A stretch of DNA of 64,000 bases from an uncultured Methanoregula sp. GTDB taxonomy: Archaea; Halobacteriota; Methanomicrobia; Methanomicrobiales; Methanospirillaceae. Positions 43,943-53,003 of the stretch are shown one piece after another (positions within the stretch are counted from its first letter, which is position 1; each line of letters opens with the position of its first letter). A program made the translations under genes and the position numbers. The notes under the pieces are model-generated. The model ran no database searches. It saw nothing but the letters and a program-made list of their open reading frames with translations, and was not told the DNA's origin. The stretch is taken from the NCBI GenBank assembly GCA_964574125.1, contig CAZNLI010000005.1, forward strand, positions 431-64,430, read 5' to 3'.

Positions 43943-45505
43943 TTGCGGGACATTTCAATGGAGAACGTACGAATGACGATTACATCCCAACATGTTTTTT
44001 TCGGGTGGCGTTCCGTCACCCTGGTATCGCTCCTAATGATGGCGATCGCGATTATGCCGACAATGGCAGCCGGCGGCTATGCCGATTCCGCGTGGCCAAG
44101 GTTCGCGCTGAATGACAACAATTCGCTCGCATCCCCATATACCGGCCCCCAGACCGGCATCATCGCCTGGAATTACACGATAACAACCGGTACCAATTAC
44201 GCCAGCACCGCAATCGGACCCGACGGGACCCTTTACATGGGAGGCTCGGATGGCAAAGTCTATGCAGTAAACCCTGACGGGACCGTAAAATGGAGTTGCA
44301 CCACCGGGGGCTCGATGTATGGCACACCCTCGGTTGCAGCGGACGGGACCATTTACATGGGAAGCAGCGATGGGAAACTCTATGCAGTAAACCCTGACGG
44401 TACCCTCAAATGGAGCTACACCACCGGGGGCAAGATCCAGGCCTCAACGGCAATTGCATCCGACGGGACCATCTATTTCGGGAGTTGGGACAAAAGCATA
44501 TACGCAATAAATCCCGATGGGACCAAAAAATGGAGTTATGCCACCACAGGCCGTATCACCTATAACACGCCGGCAATTGGAACCGACGGGACTATGTACT
44601 TCACAGCAACCAGAAGTGGTATGCTCTATGCATTTAACCCCGATGGGACCATCAAATGGAGTTACAGCAGCGGTGGAAGTAACTTTGTGACTTCCCCATC
44701 AATTGGACCCGACGGGACCATTTATTCCGAAGATGCTGACAGGAGGTTCTATGCAATAAACCCGGATGGAACCCTCAAATGGAAGAACACCCTTCCTGTC
44801 ACGAATGATTTCGGTGCTGCATATGCAATTGGATCGGACGGGACCATTTATGTCGCATCTACCGGCCCAAGCACCGCTGTATATGCATACAATCCTGATG
44901 GAACAATCAAATGGTCATACGGCTCCGGCATTGAAGGGGTATATAGCTCACCGGTCCTTGGATCGGACGGGACCCTCTATGTCGGAACTTCCATCGGAAG
45001 GGTGGCCGCACTAAACTCCGATGGAACCCTCAAATGGGTGAACACCACCAGGAGCACGTTATGCCGCTCCCCGTCACTCGGATCCGATGGGACTCTGTAT
45101 GTCGTAGGTAACAATGGTGACCTGTACGCCTTCCGCGACCCGGTCGCCACACCCACCGCGGACTTCATCGCAACGCCGCTCTCCGGCCCGGCGCCGCTGA
45201 CGGTCCAGTTCACGGATGCATCGACAAGCTCGGAGACGCTGACCTATGCATGGGACTTCAACGATGACGGCACCGTTGACAGCACGGAACAGAGCCCGGA
45301 GTTCACGTATGCTAATTCCGGGATCTATGATGTCCGACTAACGGTGACTAACTCCGTGGGGAGCGACACTAAAGTGATGAAGGCGTATGTCACGGTCGAC
45401 CAGAGCACCGTGGCCCCGGAGTTCCCGACCATGGCACTGCCGGTTGCGCTGATCGTCGGAATGCTCGGAACGGTCCTCCTTATCCGGAGAACAAAGGAAA
45501 ACTAA
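43943..45505 (+). CDS. PQQ-like beta-propeller repeat plus PKD domain surface protein with PEF-CTERM sorting signal
   Basis: About 10 repeats of 'DGTIYxGSxDxKLYAxNPDGTxKWSY'. PKD domain ('APLTVQFTDAS...YAWDFNDDGTVDSTEQSPEFTY...GIYDVRLTVTNSVG'). C-terminus 'APEFPTMALPVALIVGMLGTVLLIRRTK'. Confidence 0.88.
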   Translation: MRDISMENVRMTITSQHVFFGWRSVTLVSLLMMAIAIMPTMAAGGYADSAWPRFALNDNNSLASPYTGPQTGIIAWNYTITTGTNYASTAIGPDGTLYMGGSDGKVYAVNPDGTVKWSCTTGGSMYGTPSVAADGTIYMGSSDGKLYAVNPDGTLKWSYTTGGKIQASTAIASDGTIYFGSWDKSIYAINPDGTKKWSYATTGRITYNTPAIGTDGTMYFTATRSGMLYAFNPDGTIKWSYSSGGSNFVTSPSIGPDGTIYSEDADRRFYAINPDGTLKWKNTLPVTNDFGAAYAIGSDGTIYVASTGPSTAVYAYNPDGTIKWSYGSGIEGVYSSPVLGSDGTLYVGTSIGRVAALNSDGTLKWVNTTRSTLCRSPSLGSDGTLYVVGNNGDLYAFRDPVATPTADFIATPLSGPAPLTVQFTDASTSSETLTYAWDFNDDGTVDSTEQSPEFTYANSGIYDVRLTVTNSVGSDTKVMKAYVTVDQSTVAPEFPTMALPVALIVGMLGTVLLIRRTKEN

Positions 45506-45655
45506 CTCTTTTTTGGAAATGACGTTCCGCAACCCGTTACCGGTGACTGGCCGGGACCGGGTCCAGCCAGTCGGCGACCGGCTCGATACGGACGTGCCTG
45601 CCATCAACCTCATCCCGGCCACTCTCCTGCAGGGTGACAATGGTGCCTTCAGTAA

Positions 45656-46197
45656 GACGGGACGGTGACAAAACTCGCCATCAGCGGAATTACCAAGCCG
45701 CGAGGTATTTTTATGGATACTGCGGGCAATTTGTACACAACCGATGGAGCGACCAAAAAAGCATATGAAATCTTTACGGAGGGGACAATCAAGACGCTGG
45801 GTAATGACTTTACATTCAATTCGCCGTATTCCATGGTAGTAGATATTTCTGGCAATGCATACGTTGCCGATACGTTCGGAATATAAAAATCTCTCCGGAC
45901 GGAACGGTGACAACCTTTGGCACCGGATTTAATCAGCCAAAGGGTCTTGCACTTAAACCTTCCCCGATTATTACCCAGAACCCGTCGCACACGTTCTCTT
46001 CACCTAGCACCTACACAGTAACCATGGTCGCAGTCAATAGTAACGGGGGCAATACAATAACGAAGACGATCATGCTGGAGGAAGGCAGCGTCACGCCGGC
46101 ACCAGAGTTCCCGGCCGTTGCGTTCCCGGTCATGGTGATCGGTGCGGTCGCGGTTCTCGCGATGGCATACCGGAAGGTTGACAACGAGAGCCCGTAA
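45656..46197 (+). pseudogene. decayed NHL-repeat/PKD/PEF-CTERM surface-protein gene remnant
   Basis: NHL-like repeats ('GIFMDTAGNLYTTD', 'VVDISGNAYVADTFG') in ORF 45665..45886. A frameshift near 45884-45890 is followed by 'NIKISPDGTVTTFGTGFNQPKGLAL', a truncated PKD ('QNPSHTFSSPSTYTVTMVAVNSNG') and 'PAPEFPAVAFPVMVIGAVAVLAMAYRK'. An upstream in-frame stop lies at 45653. The local GC looks lower. Confidence 0.6.
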
Positions 46198-46622
46198 GCC
46201 CGGATTGCGACATCCGGTTCATCTTGACTTAAAAAAAACGTGCGAAGTGTGGAAAAGACAATTGAAAGGAAAAAATTCCGGTTCGCCCGGTCGTCCAGTA
46301 ATCCGGTGACTTCAGATGAGGACTGTCATGAAAGAACATGGGAACATTCGCCAAATAATTCCCCGGGAAAATCTTGTTCTGTTTACCGGCAGGTTCCCGA
46401 TACCGCCCCCGGCGCAGGATCGGTCATTGAATGCAGACAGATCAGACGGCATCGGGGCGAACGTCCGGCTTCTCCGGGTGGGGCCGCCCGCTCTTTGCAA
46501 CCCACTGGAGATACCAATCAAGATCGGATTTAAAGATCTCCCACATGTAGAATCCCGGTATGGAGGTCCGGTATGATACAGGTGCCTGTCTCATTCGCGG
46601 TAAAAAAGATCGACCGGACTGC

Positions 46623-47483
46623 CTAACGAGGAACTATCGTACCTATCGCGAGCAGGACCAGGATGAATGCCGCGAGAGCGATCCCCATACAGAGATCGGC
46701 CCGGCCCGGACTCAATGCCCGGTAACAGGACCGGGGCGCTGACAGGACAAATCCCCGTGCCTGCATGGCATCGGCGGTGTTCTTCGAGCGCTTGAGCAAG
46801 GAGACGGTGACCGGGACAAAGAGGGCGGCAAGTTTGTTCCGGTTCCTGATGAGGTTCCCCCGGTCCAGTTCGAGGCCCCGTGAGCGCTGTGCATCGATGA
46901 TTTGCCGGGTGTCGGTGGCCAGCACATTCATCGAACGGAGGGCGAACCCGAGCGAGAAGGTGATCGTCGCCGGTACCCGCATGTTCCGGAGGCCCCGTAC
47001 GAAATCGTCCGGTGATGTTGTCATGACGAACAGGAACGAGATGCCGGCAATCGCGAGGAGCCGGAACCCCATCGCGACAGCAAAGATGACCCCTGCCGCT
47101 GTGACCTCCGGGTGAAGGAACCCGATCTGTGCCGAGAAATAGACCTGTCCTCCGGCAACCTTGGAGAAGAGGCTGTCAAGGACAATGACGAGGATGAGGA
47201 GCGGAATAATCAGCGTCATCGCACGCAGCAGCCGCATCTCCAGCCGGGAGATCCCCGCAAGCGCGAGAACAAAGAGAAATGCCAGTACCAGCGCGGGAAG
47301 GGAACTGAAGAGGAGGGCTGCAACGCTCACAACAAGCAGGACTGCAAGTTTCGTGCGGGGGTCGAGCCTGTGCAGAAACGATGACCCCGGCCTGAACTGG
47401 AGGAGCTCCAGGCGCCGGCGTTTCTTTCCCCCTCCCGTCTCCTCGCCTCCCGTCTTCTTTGGATTGGGGCTCCCTGCCATCAT
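46623..47483 (-). CDS. ecfT: ECF transporter transmembrane (T) component, CbiQ family
   Basis: 'FLHRLDPRTKL' N-terminal motif, 5-6 TMs, 'ALRSMNVLATDTRQIIDAQRSRG' coupling helices (ARx motifs). Start at MMAGS (ATGA overlap with the ATPase stop). Confidence 0.85.
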   Translation of the reverse strand: MMAGSPNPKKTGGEETGGGKKRRRLELLQFRPGSSFLHRLDPRTKLAVLLVVSVAALLFSSLPALVLAFLFVLALAGISRLEMRLLRAMTLIIPLLILVIVLDSLFSKVAGGQVYFSAQIGFLHPEVTAAGVIFAVAMGFRLLAIAGISFLFVMTTSPDDFVRGLRNMRVPATITFSLGFALRSMNVLATDTRQIIDAQRSRGLELDRGNLIRNRNKLAALFVPVTVSLLKRSKNTADAMQARGFVLSAPRSCYRALSPGRADLCMGIALAAFILVLLAIGTIVPR

Positions 47484-48997
47484 CCGCTCCCCCCGGGATC
47501 TTCTCCTTCCGTATAGGCACCGTGCCCTGCGGCTGGCCGGGTTTTTCTCCTCGCGTCCGATTCCACGCGCCCGCCGGAGATCCGGATGAACCGGTCCCCG
47601 CACGCCTCCCCGAACTCCTCATCGTGGGTTGCAACGATGACCGCCTTCCCATCCCCGGCAAGGGCCCGGAGGAGTGACGCAAGTGAGCGTTTCAAGCCGG
47701 GGTCCATCCCGAATGTCGGTTCGTCAAGGACGATGACCGGTGTCTCCATTGCGACGATCCCGGCAAGGGCGACACGCTGCTTCTCCCCCCCGGAGAGGCC
47801 GAGAGGCGGAGCCGACCGGGCAATGTGGGAAAGCGAGCAGAGGAGGCGGGTCTTATCGACGACCGTCCCGATCCGGTCCCCGCCCACGCCGAGGTTCCGG
47901 GGGCCGAATGCCAGTTCCTCTTCTATCGTACCCCCGAATAACTGGAGGTCGGCATGCTGGTTCAGGAGCCCGACTGTCTTTGCTGCCGCTGCTACTGTCG
48001 TCGTCCCGAGCCCGGTTTTCCCGAGAAGAACCGATCCGCTGTCCGGCCTGAGGAGGCCGTTACAATGCTTCAGGATCGTCGTCTTCCCCGCCCCATTCGG
48101 CCCGGTCATGACCGCAACTTCGCCGTACCAGAGTGTCAGCGAGGTCCCCGGAAGGACCGGTTCTGACTTCCCCGGGTACCGGTACACTAGGTCCCGGAGC
48201 ACGACCGCCGGCTCCCTGACGTTTCCCGGAGGTGGAGAAGTGCCGGCGGGCTCCAGGCCGTATCCCGCATGTCGTGCCACAACCCCCTCCGGCTTTCCAT
48301 CAGACAGAACCGATCCGTCCTGCAGGACGATGAGCCGGTCGGCGAGCCCGAGCAGTCCGGTGGTGCGGTGTTCGAAGACAATTACCGTCGTCCCCGTCCG
48401 GGTCCTTAGCCCGTCGAGCAGGCCTGCAAGGCTGCGCCCGGCGGCAGAATCGATCCCGGAGAAAGGCTCGTCAAGCACGAGGATCCGGGGCCTTACTGCG
48501 AGAACTGAAGCGATTGCGACACGCTGGCGCTCCCCCCAGGAAAGATCGCTGGTCTCGCGGCCAATGAGGTGGCCGATGTGAAGGAGTTCCGCAGTCTCTA
48601 TTATCCGAGAACGGATCTCCTCTCCGGGAAGGTTCTGGACCTCGAGCCCGAAGGAGAGCTCGCTTTCGACGTCGTTTGTCACCAGCTGGTAACCGGGGTC
48701 CTGAAAGACCATGCCTACCAGCCTCGCAAAATCAGCGACATCGTGATCCCGGGTACTCATGCCACTTACGATGACATCCCCTTCCATGGTCCCTTCGGTC
48801 GCGTGGGGGATGAGCCCGTTGAAGCACCGCGCGAGGGTGGACTTTCCGGACCCGCTCGGCCCGGTGATCACGACGAACTCGCCCGTGCCGAAACTGAGGC
48901 TGATATGCCGGAGCGAAGTTGCATTCCTTCCTGAGAATGACTCCGGGTATCGGAACGAGAGGTCGCGAATCCGGATTAATGGATCATTTCCCGGCAC
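47480..48997 (-). CDS. ecfA: fused double ABC ATPase (EcfA-EcfA'/CbiO-type)
   Basis: Two full ABC cassettes: GPSGSGKST/LSWGERQRV/VLDEPFSG and GPNGAGKTT/LSGGEKQRV/VLDEPTFG. Confidence 0.9.
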   Translation of the reverse strand: MPGNDPLIRIRDLSFRYPESFSGRNATSLRHISLSFGTGEFVVITGPSGSGKSTLARCFNGLIPHATEGTMEGDVIVSGMSTRDHDVADFARLVGMVFQDPGYQLVTNDVESELSFGLEVQNLPGEEIRSRIIETAELLHIGHLIGRETSDLSWGERQRVAIASVLAVRPRILVLDEPFSGIDSAAGRSLAGLLDGLRTRTGTTVIVFEHRTTGLLGLADRLIVLQDGSVLSDGKPEGVVARHAGYGLEPAGTSPPPGNVREPAVVLRDLVYRYPGKSEPVLPGTSLTLWYGEVAVMTGPNGAGKTTILKHCNGLLRPDSGSVLLGKTGLGTTTVAAAAKTVGLLNQHADLQLFGGTIEEELAFGPRNLGVGGDRIGTVVDKTRLLCSLSHIARSAPPLGLSGGEKQRVALAGIVAMETPVIVLDEPTFGMDPGLKRSLASLLRALAGDGKAVIVATHDEEFGEACGDRFIRISGGRVESDARRKTRPAAGHGAYTEGEDPGGSG

Positions 48998-49532
48998 CCG
49001 GGATCACCCCTGCTTTCAGGAGACGGTTCAGGACCAGAGCGGCAATGATCCCCCCGATCCCCCCGAAGATGAAATGGGAGACGGATGCGAGGCCGATCCC
49101 GATCATGATGAAGACTGCGGGAATGCCGAGGAATGTCTGGAGCGAATAGTTGACAACCATTTTCGCAAGGTTCCCTGCCGCTCCTGCGATGAATCCGGCT
49201 GCCAGGTTATCCAGCCGGTAAAAAAGGAGAAGGCCGGTAAGATCGATGGTCGCTCCCAGCGCGAGATAGATGAACAGGTTCAGGATATGGAGGGTGTTCA
49301 TGCCGAACAGGCTTGCGAGGATCCCCGAGATAAACCCAATGAAGGTCCCGGCGCCGGGCTTCTTCACGATACCGACGCCAATGATGACCGGGACAACCCA
49401 GTAGATCCCCGTATGGCCGGGCACCTTCAGCGGGACGGACAACATCGTGTTCAGGACGACGATGAGAGCGGCACAGAGCGAAAGGAGTGCTATCTCGTAG
49501 AGAGAAAAATACGGTTGCTTCATCCCGATCAC
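48984..49532 (-). CDS. ECF transporter substrate-capture (S) component, specificity unknown
   Basis: 182 aa, about 6 TMs, glycine-rich helices. Positioned directly upstream of ecfA/ecfT with overlapping stops and starts. Confidence 0.65.
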   Translation of the reverse strand: MIGMKQPYFSLYEIALLSLCAALIVVLNTMLSVPLKVPGHTGIYWVVPVIIGVGIVKKPGAGTFIGFISGILASLFGMNTLHILNLFIYLALGATIDLTGLLLFYRLDNLAAGFIAGAAGNLAKMVVNYSLQTFLGIPAVFIMIGIGLASVSHFIFGGIGGIIAALVLNRLLKAGVIPGAGK

Positions 49533-50356
49533 CCCGTCCGTACGAATTCGGACCGGATCCGAAGGGTAAATCCATCCGGCTGCGGGTGATCTACGGAAAC
49601 GAGCAGGACGATCTCGCCTCCCGGATCGTTGCCGGTTGAAGCGACATAGAAAAATCCATCCGGTTCAGCGGTTTCCACGATCATACCCTTGATCTTGGCA
49701 AGATCCGTTGTGATATGGAGGGCGCCGAGCCCACCGGGCTGGTTGAACCTGAGGGTCCGGGTCTCAACCTTCAGGTCCTCGGACTCCGAGAGTTGGTTGT
49801 TCGAAATTGCCACGGTGTAATGGCGGTCCGGCTGGAGGTTCAGCGGGGTTGCTGCCGGCATCATCGTCCCCTGCGTCGCGTTGCCGGTCACCACAACGCC
49901 GCAGGTGCCAAACCCGGTCTGCCTGTTCGTCCGGGTGGGCATGGTACCGGTCGTCAGCCCGTACACGTCGAATACCGCTCTTCCGGAAAGTTCGGAAAAG
50001 TTATACGTCACCTTCACAGCCCCGACCCTCCTGACATCGGGATTACCACTGACAGGAGATGCGTTGAGGGTAAGGAACATCAGGTACCATTTTTTTGTAT
50101 CTTCGATCTCCGTCCCCGGGAAGATCCCGAGCGCGTTGTAGCCCGGCCGCCATGATTGCGGACCATACCGGAACCCGGCCTTTGTGAATATCTCATCGAG
50201 AAGGATTTCCTGAGACGAGGCCTTGTCGCTCATGGGGAAGATTGCTGCGGCAAAGAAGTCCAGCGCAATCATTCCGATAAGAAAACATACGAGGATGATG
50301 CCTGCAACCAGGACCCGGTTCCGGAACTCCATTTTGTCAGTCCCGTTTCTCTTCAA
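49529..50356 (-). CDS. membrane-anchored extracytoplasmic protein; domain-swapped (Y then X) member of the 59-62 kb surface-protein family
   Basis: N-terminal TM (VLVAGIILVCFLIGMIAL). Then 'FRYGPQSWRPG...WYLMFLTLN...VKVTYNFSELSGRAVFDVYGL', followed by 'GGLGALHITT...FFYVASTGNDPGGEIVLLVSVDHPQPDGFTLRIRSEF'. The same two modules occur in the opposite order in 59037.., 60053.. and 61012... Confidence 0.7.
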   Translation of the reverse strand: MKRNGTDKMEFRNRVLVAGIILVCFLIGMIALDFFAAAIFPMSDKASSQEILLDEIFTKAGFRYGPQSWRPGYNALGIFPGTEIEDTKKWYLMFLTLNASPVSGNPDVRRVGAVKVTYNFSELSGRAVFDVYGLTTGTMPTRTNRQTGFGTCGVVVTGNATQGTMMPAATPLNLQPDRHYTVAISNNQLSESEDLKVETRTLRFNQPGGLGALHITTDLAKIKGMIVETAEPDGFFYVASTGNDPGGEIVLLVSVDHPQPDGFTLRIRSEFVRTG

Positions 50357-51044
50357 TCAATTGTCCGTTCTCCTCTCTTACAAAAAGGACGGTTTTCTCG
50401 AAGATGGGGCAGGGTCTGGGCGGTTTATCCGGACGGAAAAAAACCGTTCCGGAAGTATACTTCTTCCCGTTAAAGGAAGAGACCTCATCGACGCCCGCTT
50501 TTAAAAGGTCCTGGACGGTACAGGAACTCAGGATATCCCGGATGTCCCCTTTCTGGAGAAACCTCCCGTCATTCTTTGAGAACGCAAGCCCGAGGCCTGC
50601 CATCGCACCGATCACCCCGTCCTCGGTCCCTCCAAGCCCTTTGAGCCGGATATGGAGGTTTTTCGCAAGGGACCGGGCCCGATCCTGGGTGATAATGTTG
50701 CACTTTGCATCCTGCGCATAGACGATAAGCGAAGGCGTGATGTTGCGATCCGAGGCGACGGCGAGACCCGGGTCGCTTCCTTCGAGAAAGTCGCCGAGCA
50801 TGACTTCTTCTGCAATCGTAAAGATCCTGTCCATCACCCGTTCTCCGTCAGCATTGACATGGATGACGGCATTGCTGTTATGCGAGGTATAGGGGATGTC
50901 GGGATGGACATACAGCTGGTGGCGGGTGACCCCGTACACCGGGTAATCAGCAGCAATGGTATCTGCAATCATCCGCGCCAGTTTTCCCGTGCCCCGCGGA
51001 CCGGTCTTGGTATCCGTATCATCAATACTGATATAGATCGTCAG
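50337..51044 (-). CDS. TiaS-kinase-domain-like 'IDDTD' protein, paralog 2 (no canonical start codon for the conserved N-terminus)
   Basis: The track ORF starts at MIADT (50972). The same frame is open up to the stop at 51060-51062 and encodes 'LTIYISIDDTDTKTGPRGTGKLAR', homologous to paralog 1, with no ATG/GTG/TTG in that stretch. CTG 51044 aligns with the Met of paralog 1. Confidence 0.5.
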   Translation of the reverse strand: MTIYISIDDTDTKTGPRGTGKLARMIADTIAADYPVYGVTRHQLYVHPDIPYTSHNSNAVIHVNADGERVMDRIFTIAEEVMLGDFLEGSDPGLAVASDRNITPSLIVYAQDAKCNIITQDRARSLAKNLHIRLKGLGGTEDGVIGAMAGLGLAFSKNDGRFLQKGDIRDILSSCTVQDLLKAGVDEVSSFNGKKYTSGTVFFRPDKPPRPCPIFEKTVLFVREENGQLIEEKRD

Positions 51045-51184
51045 AATCAGCTCCCGGCATTACTTTGGAATGACTGATAAATTATTGTTTCATTTTGATT
51101 TTATGATTAGGTAAACCACACATGTTCTTACAAGCAATAATGATGAAAAATGAAAAGTCTCCGGATTGAATCGTCCGGCCCAGA

Positions 51185-52837
51185 TTACTCTGGCGGATCG
51201 CCGGTATTGCCGGCGACACCTTCATGAGCTCTCTCCCCACTCCTGTCAGTTTCCCGGCCCATCAACGTCCGGACAGACCGGACAATTTCCCGGAATTCTT
51301 CCGGATCAGGCCGGTCCTTTGCAAACCCTACTGATACAGAACGTTCCAGCAATCCCCGGATCGTTTCCGGATCCCCGGTGGAGGGACCGATGAGCCGTTC
51401 AAGTTCACCGGTTGTCAGTTCCTCTCCGGAACCGATCTCGTGCGAGAGAAAGACCCGGAGAGCCCGGCCAATCTTCCGGTACGCTTCCGGCCACCTGCCA
51501 CCGGCAGCATCGGATTCGGCCCCGGTTACTATTGCAAGAGCGATCTGGCGATAGGTCTCCGGAGTCTCTGGGCGATCCGCGGTCAGGGTGCCAGGTGGAA
51601 AAGTTTTCTGCCGCAGCCAGGCAAGGTACCAGATTCCTGCGGAGATGAGGATGACGAGGAGGATGCCGATCGCCGGTATGACATAGTATAGCGGATCATC
51701 AGGATTGTTTCCCTCAATTGCAACAACGGTCCCGTTGACAACCGTCGCTTTCAGGTGGAGGATCCGGCTGCCTGCCCCTGCATAACCGAGGTCCACGGTT
51801 TCCGATGAAGCGGTGACATTGATCCTTGTCTGGTTATGGACAAATCCTCTTCCGGATATCGTGGATACGTAGTCCCTGAATGTATTATTTGATTCCAGCG
51901 CGCCAGGAAGCGGGATTGGGACCCGGGCCGACTCCTCGGCAAAAAGGACGCGGGCATCTGCAACAGATCCCCGGATCATCGCATTTTTTGCCCCGGATAC
52001 ATACGTTATTTCAAAACTTCCGGACCGGTTCGTCAACGGATCAACTTCAGTTTCTGTGATCGCGAATCCATCTCCCGATAATGGGCCACTGAGCGATGCA
52101 ACAAGAGGATCTGTAAGGATATATGCCAGCAGCTCTTCCTTCAGGGCATCGGACCGGTTGCCTTTATCCGTCATCTGTTCTCTCAGGACCGAAGTGTCCT
52201 GCGGGAGCTGGCTGTTCCGGATTGCCGACCCGGGATCTCTGTCGCCAGGATTTTCTTCCGGAGGGGCCCCTGATGACGTGACCAGTGCCGTGGTATCATT
52301 CGAATCTGTGCTGCGAATGCTCTCGTTGTTCGCCGGGACATTCTCAAGGCTGGTGACGAAATGGACATCGATGTCACCCAGCGTTGCCACCCTGCCTCCG
52401 CCATCGACATTGTACCTGAAGGTGATTGTCAAAGCATAATCTGCCGGATTATCCGAACTCCCGGCAGAAATCCGGACCGTTCGTTCTTCTGTGAATGCTG
52501 AAAAAGTCCGGCTCTGCAGACTTGCACCGGAAGATCCGCCGGCAGATGCTGTTGGGTTTACAGGAACCATTGAGAGCTGAAGAGTACCGGTGATATCATG
52601 ACCATAGGAGCTTGAAATAGAAAGGGGAATCATCACCTCTTCGCCGGTAATTGAATAATAATCGCTCTGCGGCGTGGACAAAAGGACTTCTGCGCAGGCA
52701 ACCGGTGTGACTACGATAGAAAGTACGACCAGGAACAGGATTGCGCACCAGGAATTCAACGGGAAATGGACCGGACTTCTGTACTCCATGTCAGATGCTG
52801 CCATTGTCTGCCGTTCCCGGATAACCGGTGCTCCCAT
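51185..52837 (-). CDS. single-pass membrane protein with large extracellular domain and DUF4129-like cytoplasmic tail (hypothetical)
   Basis: Signal/TM near the N-terminus, Ser/Thr-rich ectodomain, TM 'YYVIPAIGILLVILISAGIWYLAWL', then 'ETYRQIALAIV...GRWPEAYRKIGRALRVFL...LTTGELERLI', resembling DUF4129 tails seen near MoxR/DUF58 systems. Confidence 0.55.
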   Translation of the reverse strand: MGAPVIRERQTMAASDMEYRSPVHFPLNSWCAILFLVVLSIVVTPVACAEVLLSTPQSDYYSITGEEVMIPLSISSSYGHDITGTLQLSMVPVNPTASAGGSSGASLQSRTFSAFTEERTVRISAGSSDNPADYALTITFRYNVDGGGRVATLGDIDVHFVTSLENVPANNESIRSTDSNDTTALVTSSGAPPEENPGDRDPGSAIRNSQLPQDTSVLREQMTDKGNRSDALKEELLAYILTDPLVASLSGPLSGDGFAITETEVDPLTNRSGSFEITYVSGAKNAMIRGSVADARVLFAEESARVPIPLPGALESNNTFRDYVSTISGRGFVHNQTRINVTASSETVDLGYAGAGSRILHLKATVVNGTVVAIEGNNPDDPLYYVIPAIGILLVILISAGIWYLAWLRQKTFPPGTLTADRPETPETYRQIALAIVTGAESDAAGGRWPEAYRKIGRALRVFLSHEIGSGEELTTGELERLIGPSTGDPETIRGLLERSVSVGFAKDRPDPEEFREIVRSVRTLMGRETDRSGERAHEGVAGNTGDPPE

Positions 52838-53003
52838 TTGTCCCCCCGATTTCCGGTTCCTGATACATTTTCAACGGATTACAGATCCGCATTTTTCCGG
52901 AAACAAAAAAACCGGATCGCTGGGATAATTTACTTGTTCCGACAATAAAAATAATTACCTTATCTGTTTCGTGTGAGACACATTCAAAAAAACGGATACA
53001 TCC

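Noticed and set aside
46240-46620. Several 50-97-aa ORFs on both strands in the spacer between the PEF-CTERM remnant and ecfT. One is a Trp-rich 50-aa minus-strand ORF (..YMWEIFKSDLDWYLQWVAKSG..).
   Set aside because: They mutually overlap and have no recognisable motifs, RBS or promoter context. They may be remnants of a decayed gene, but I cannot support a call.
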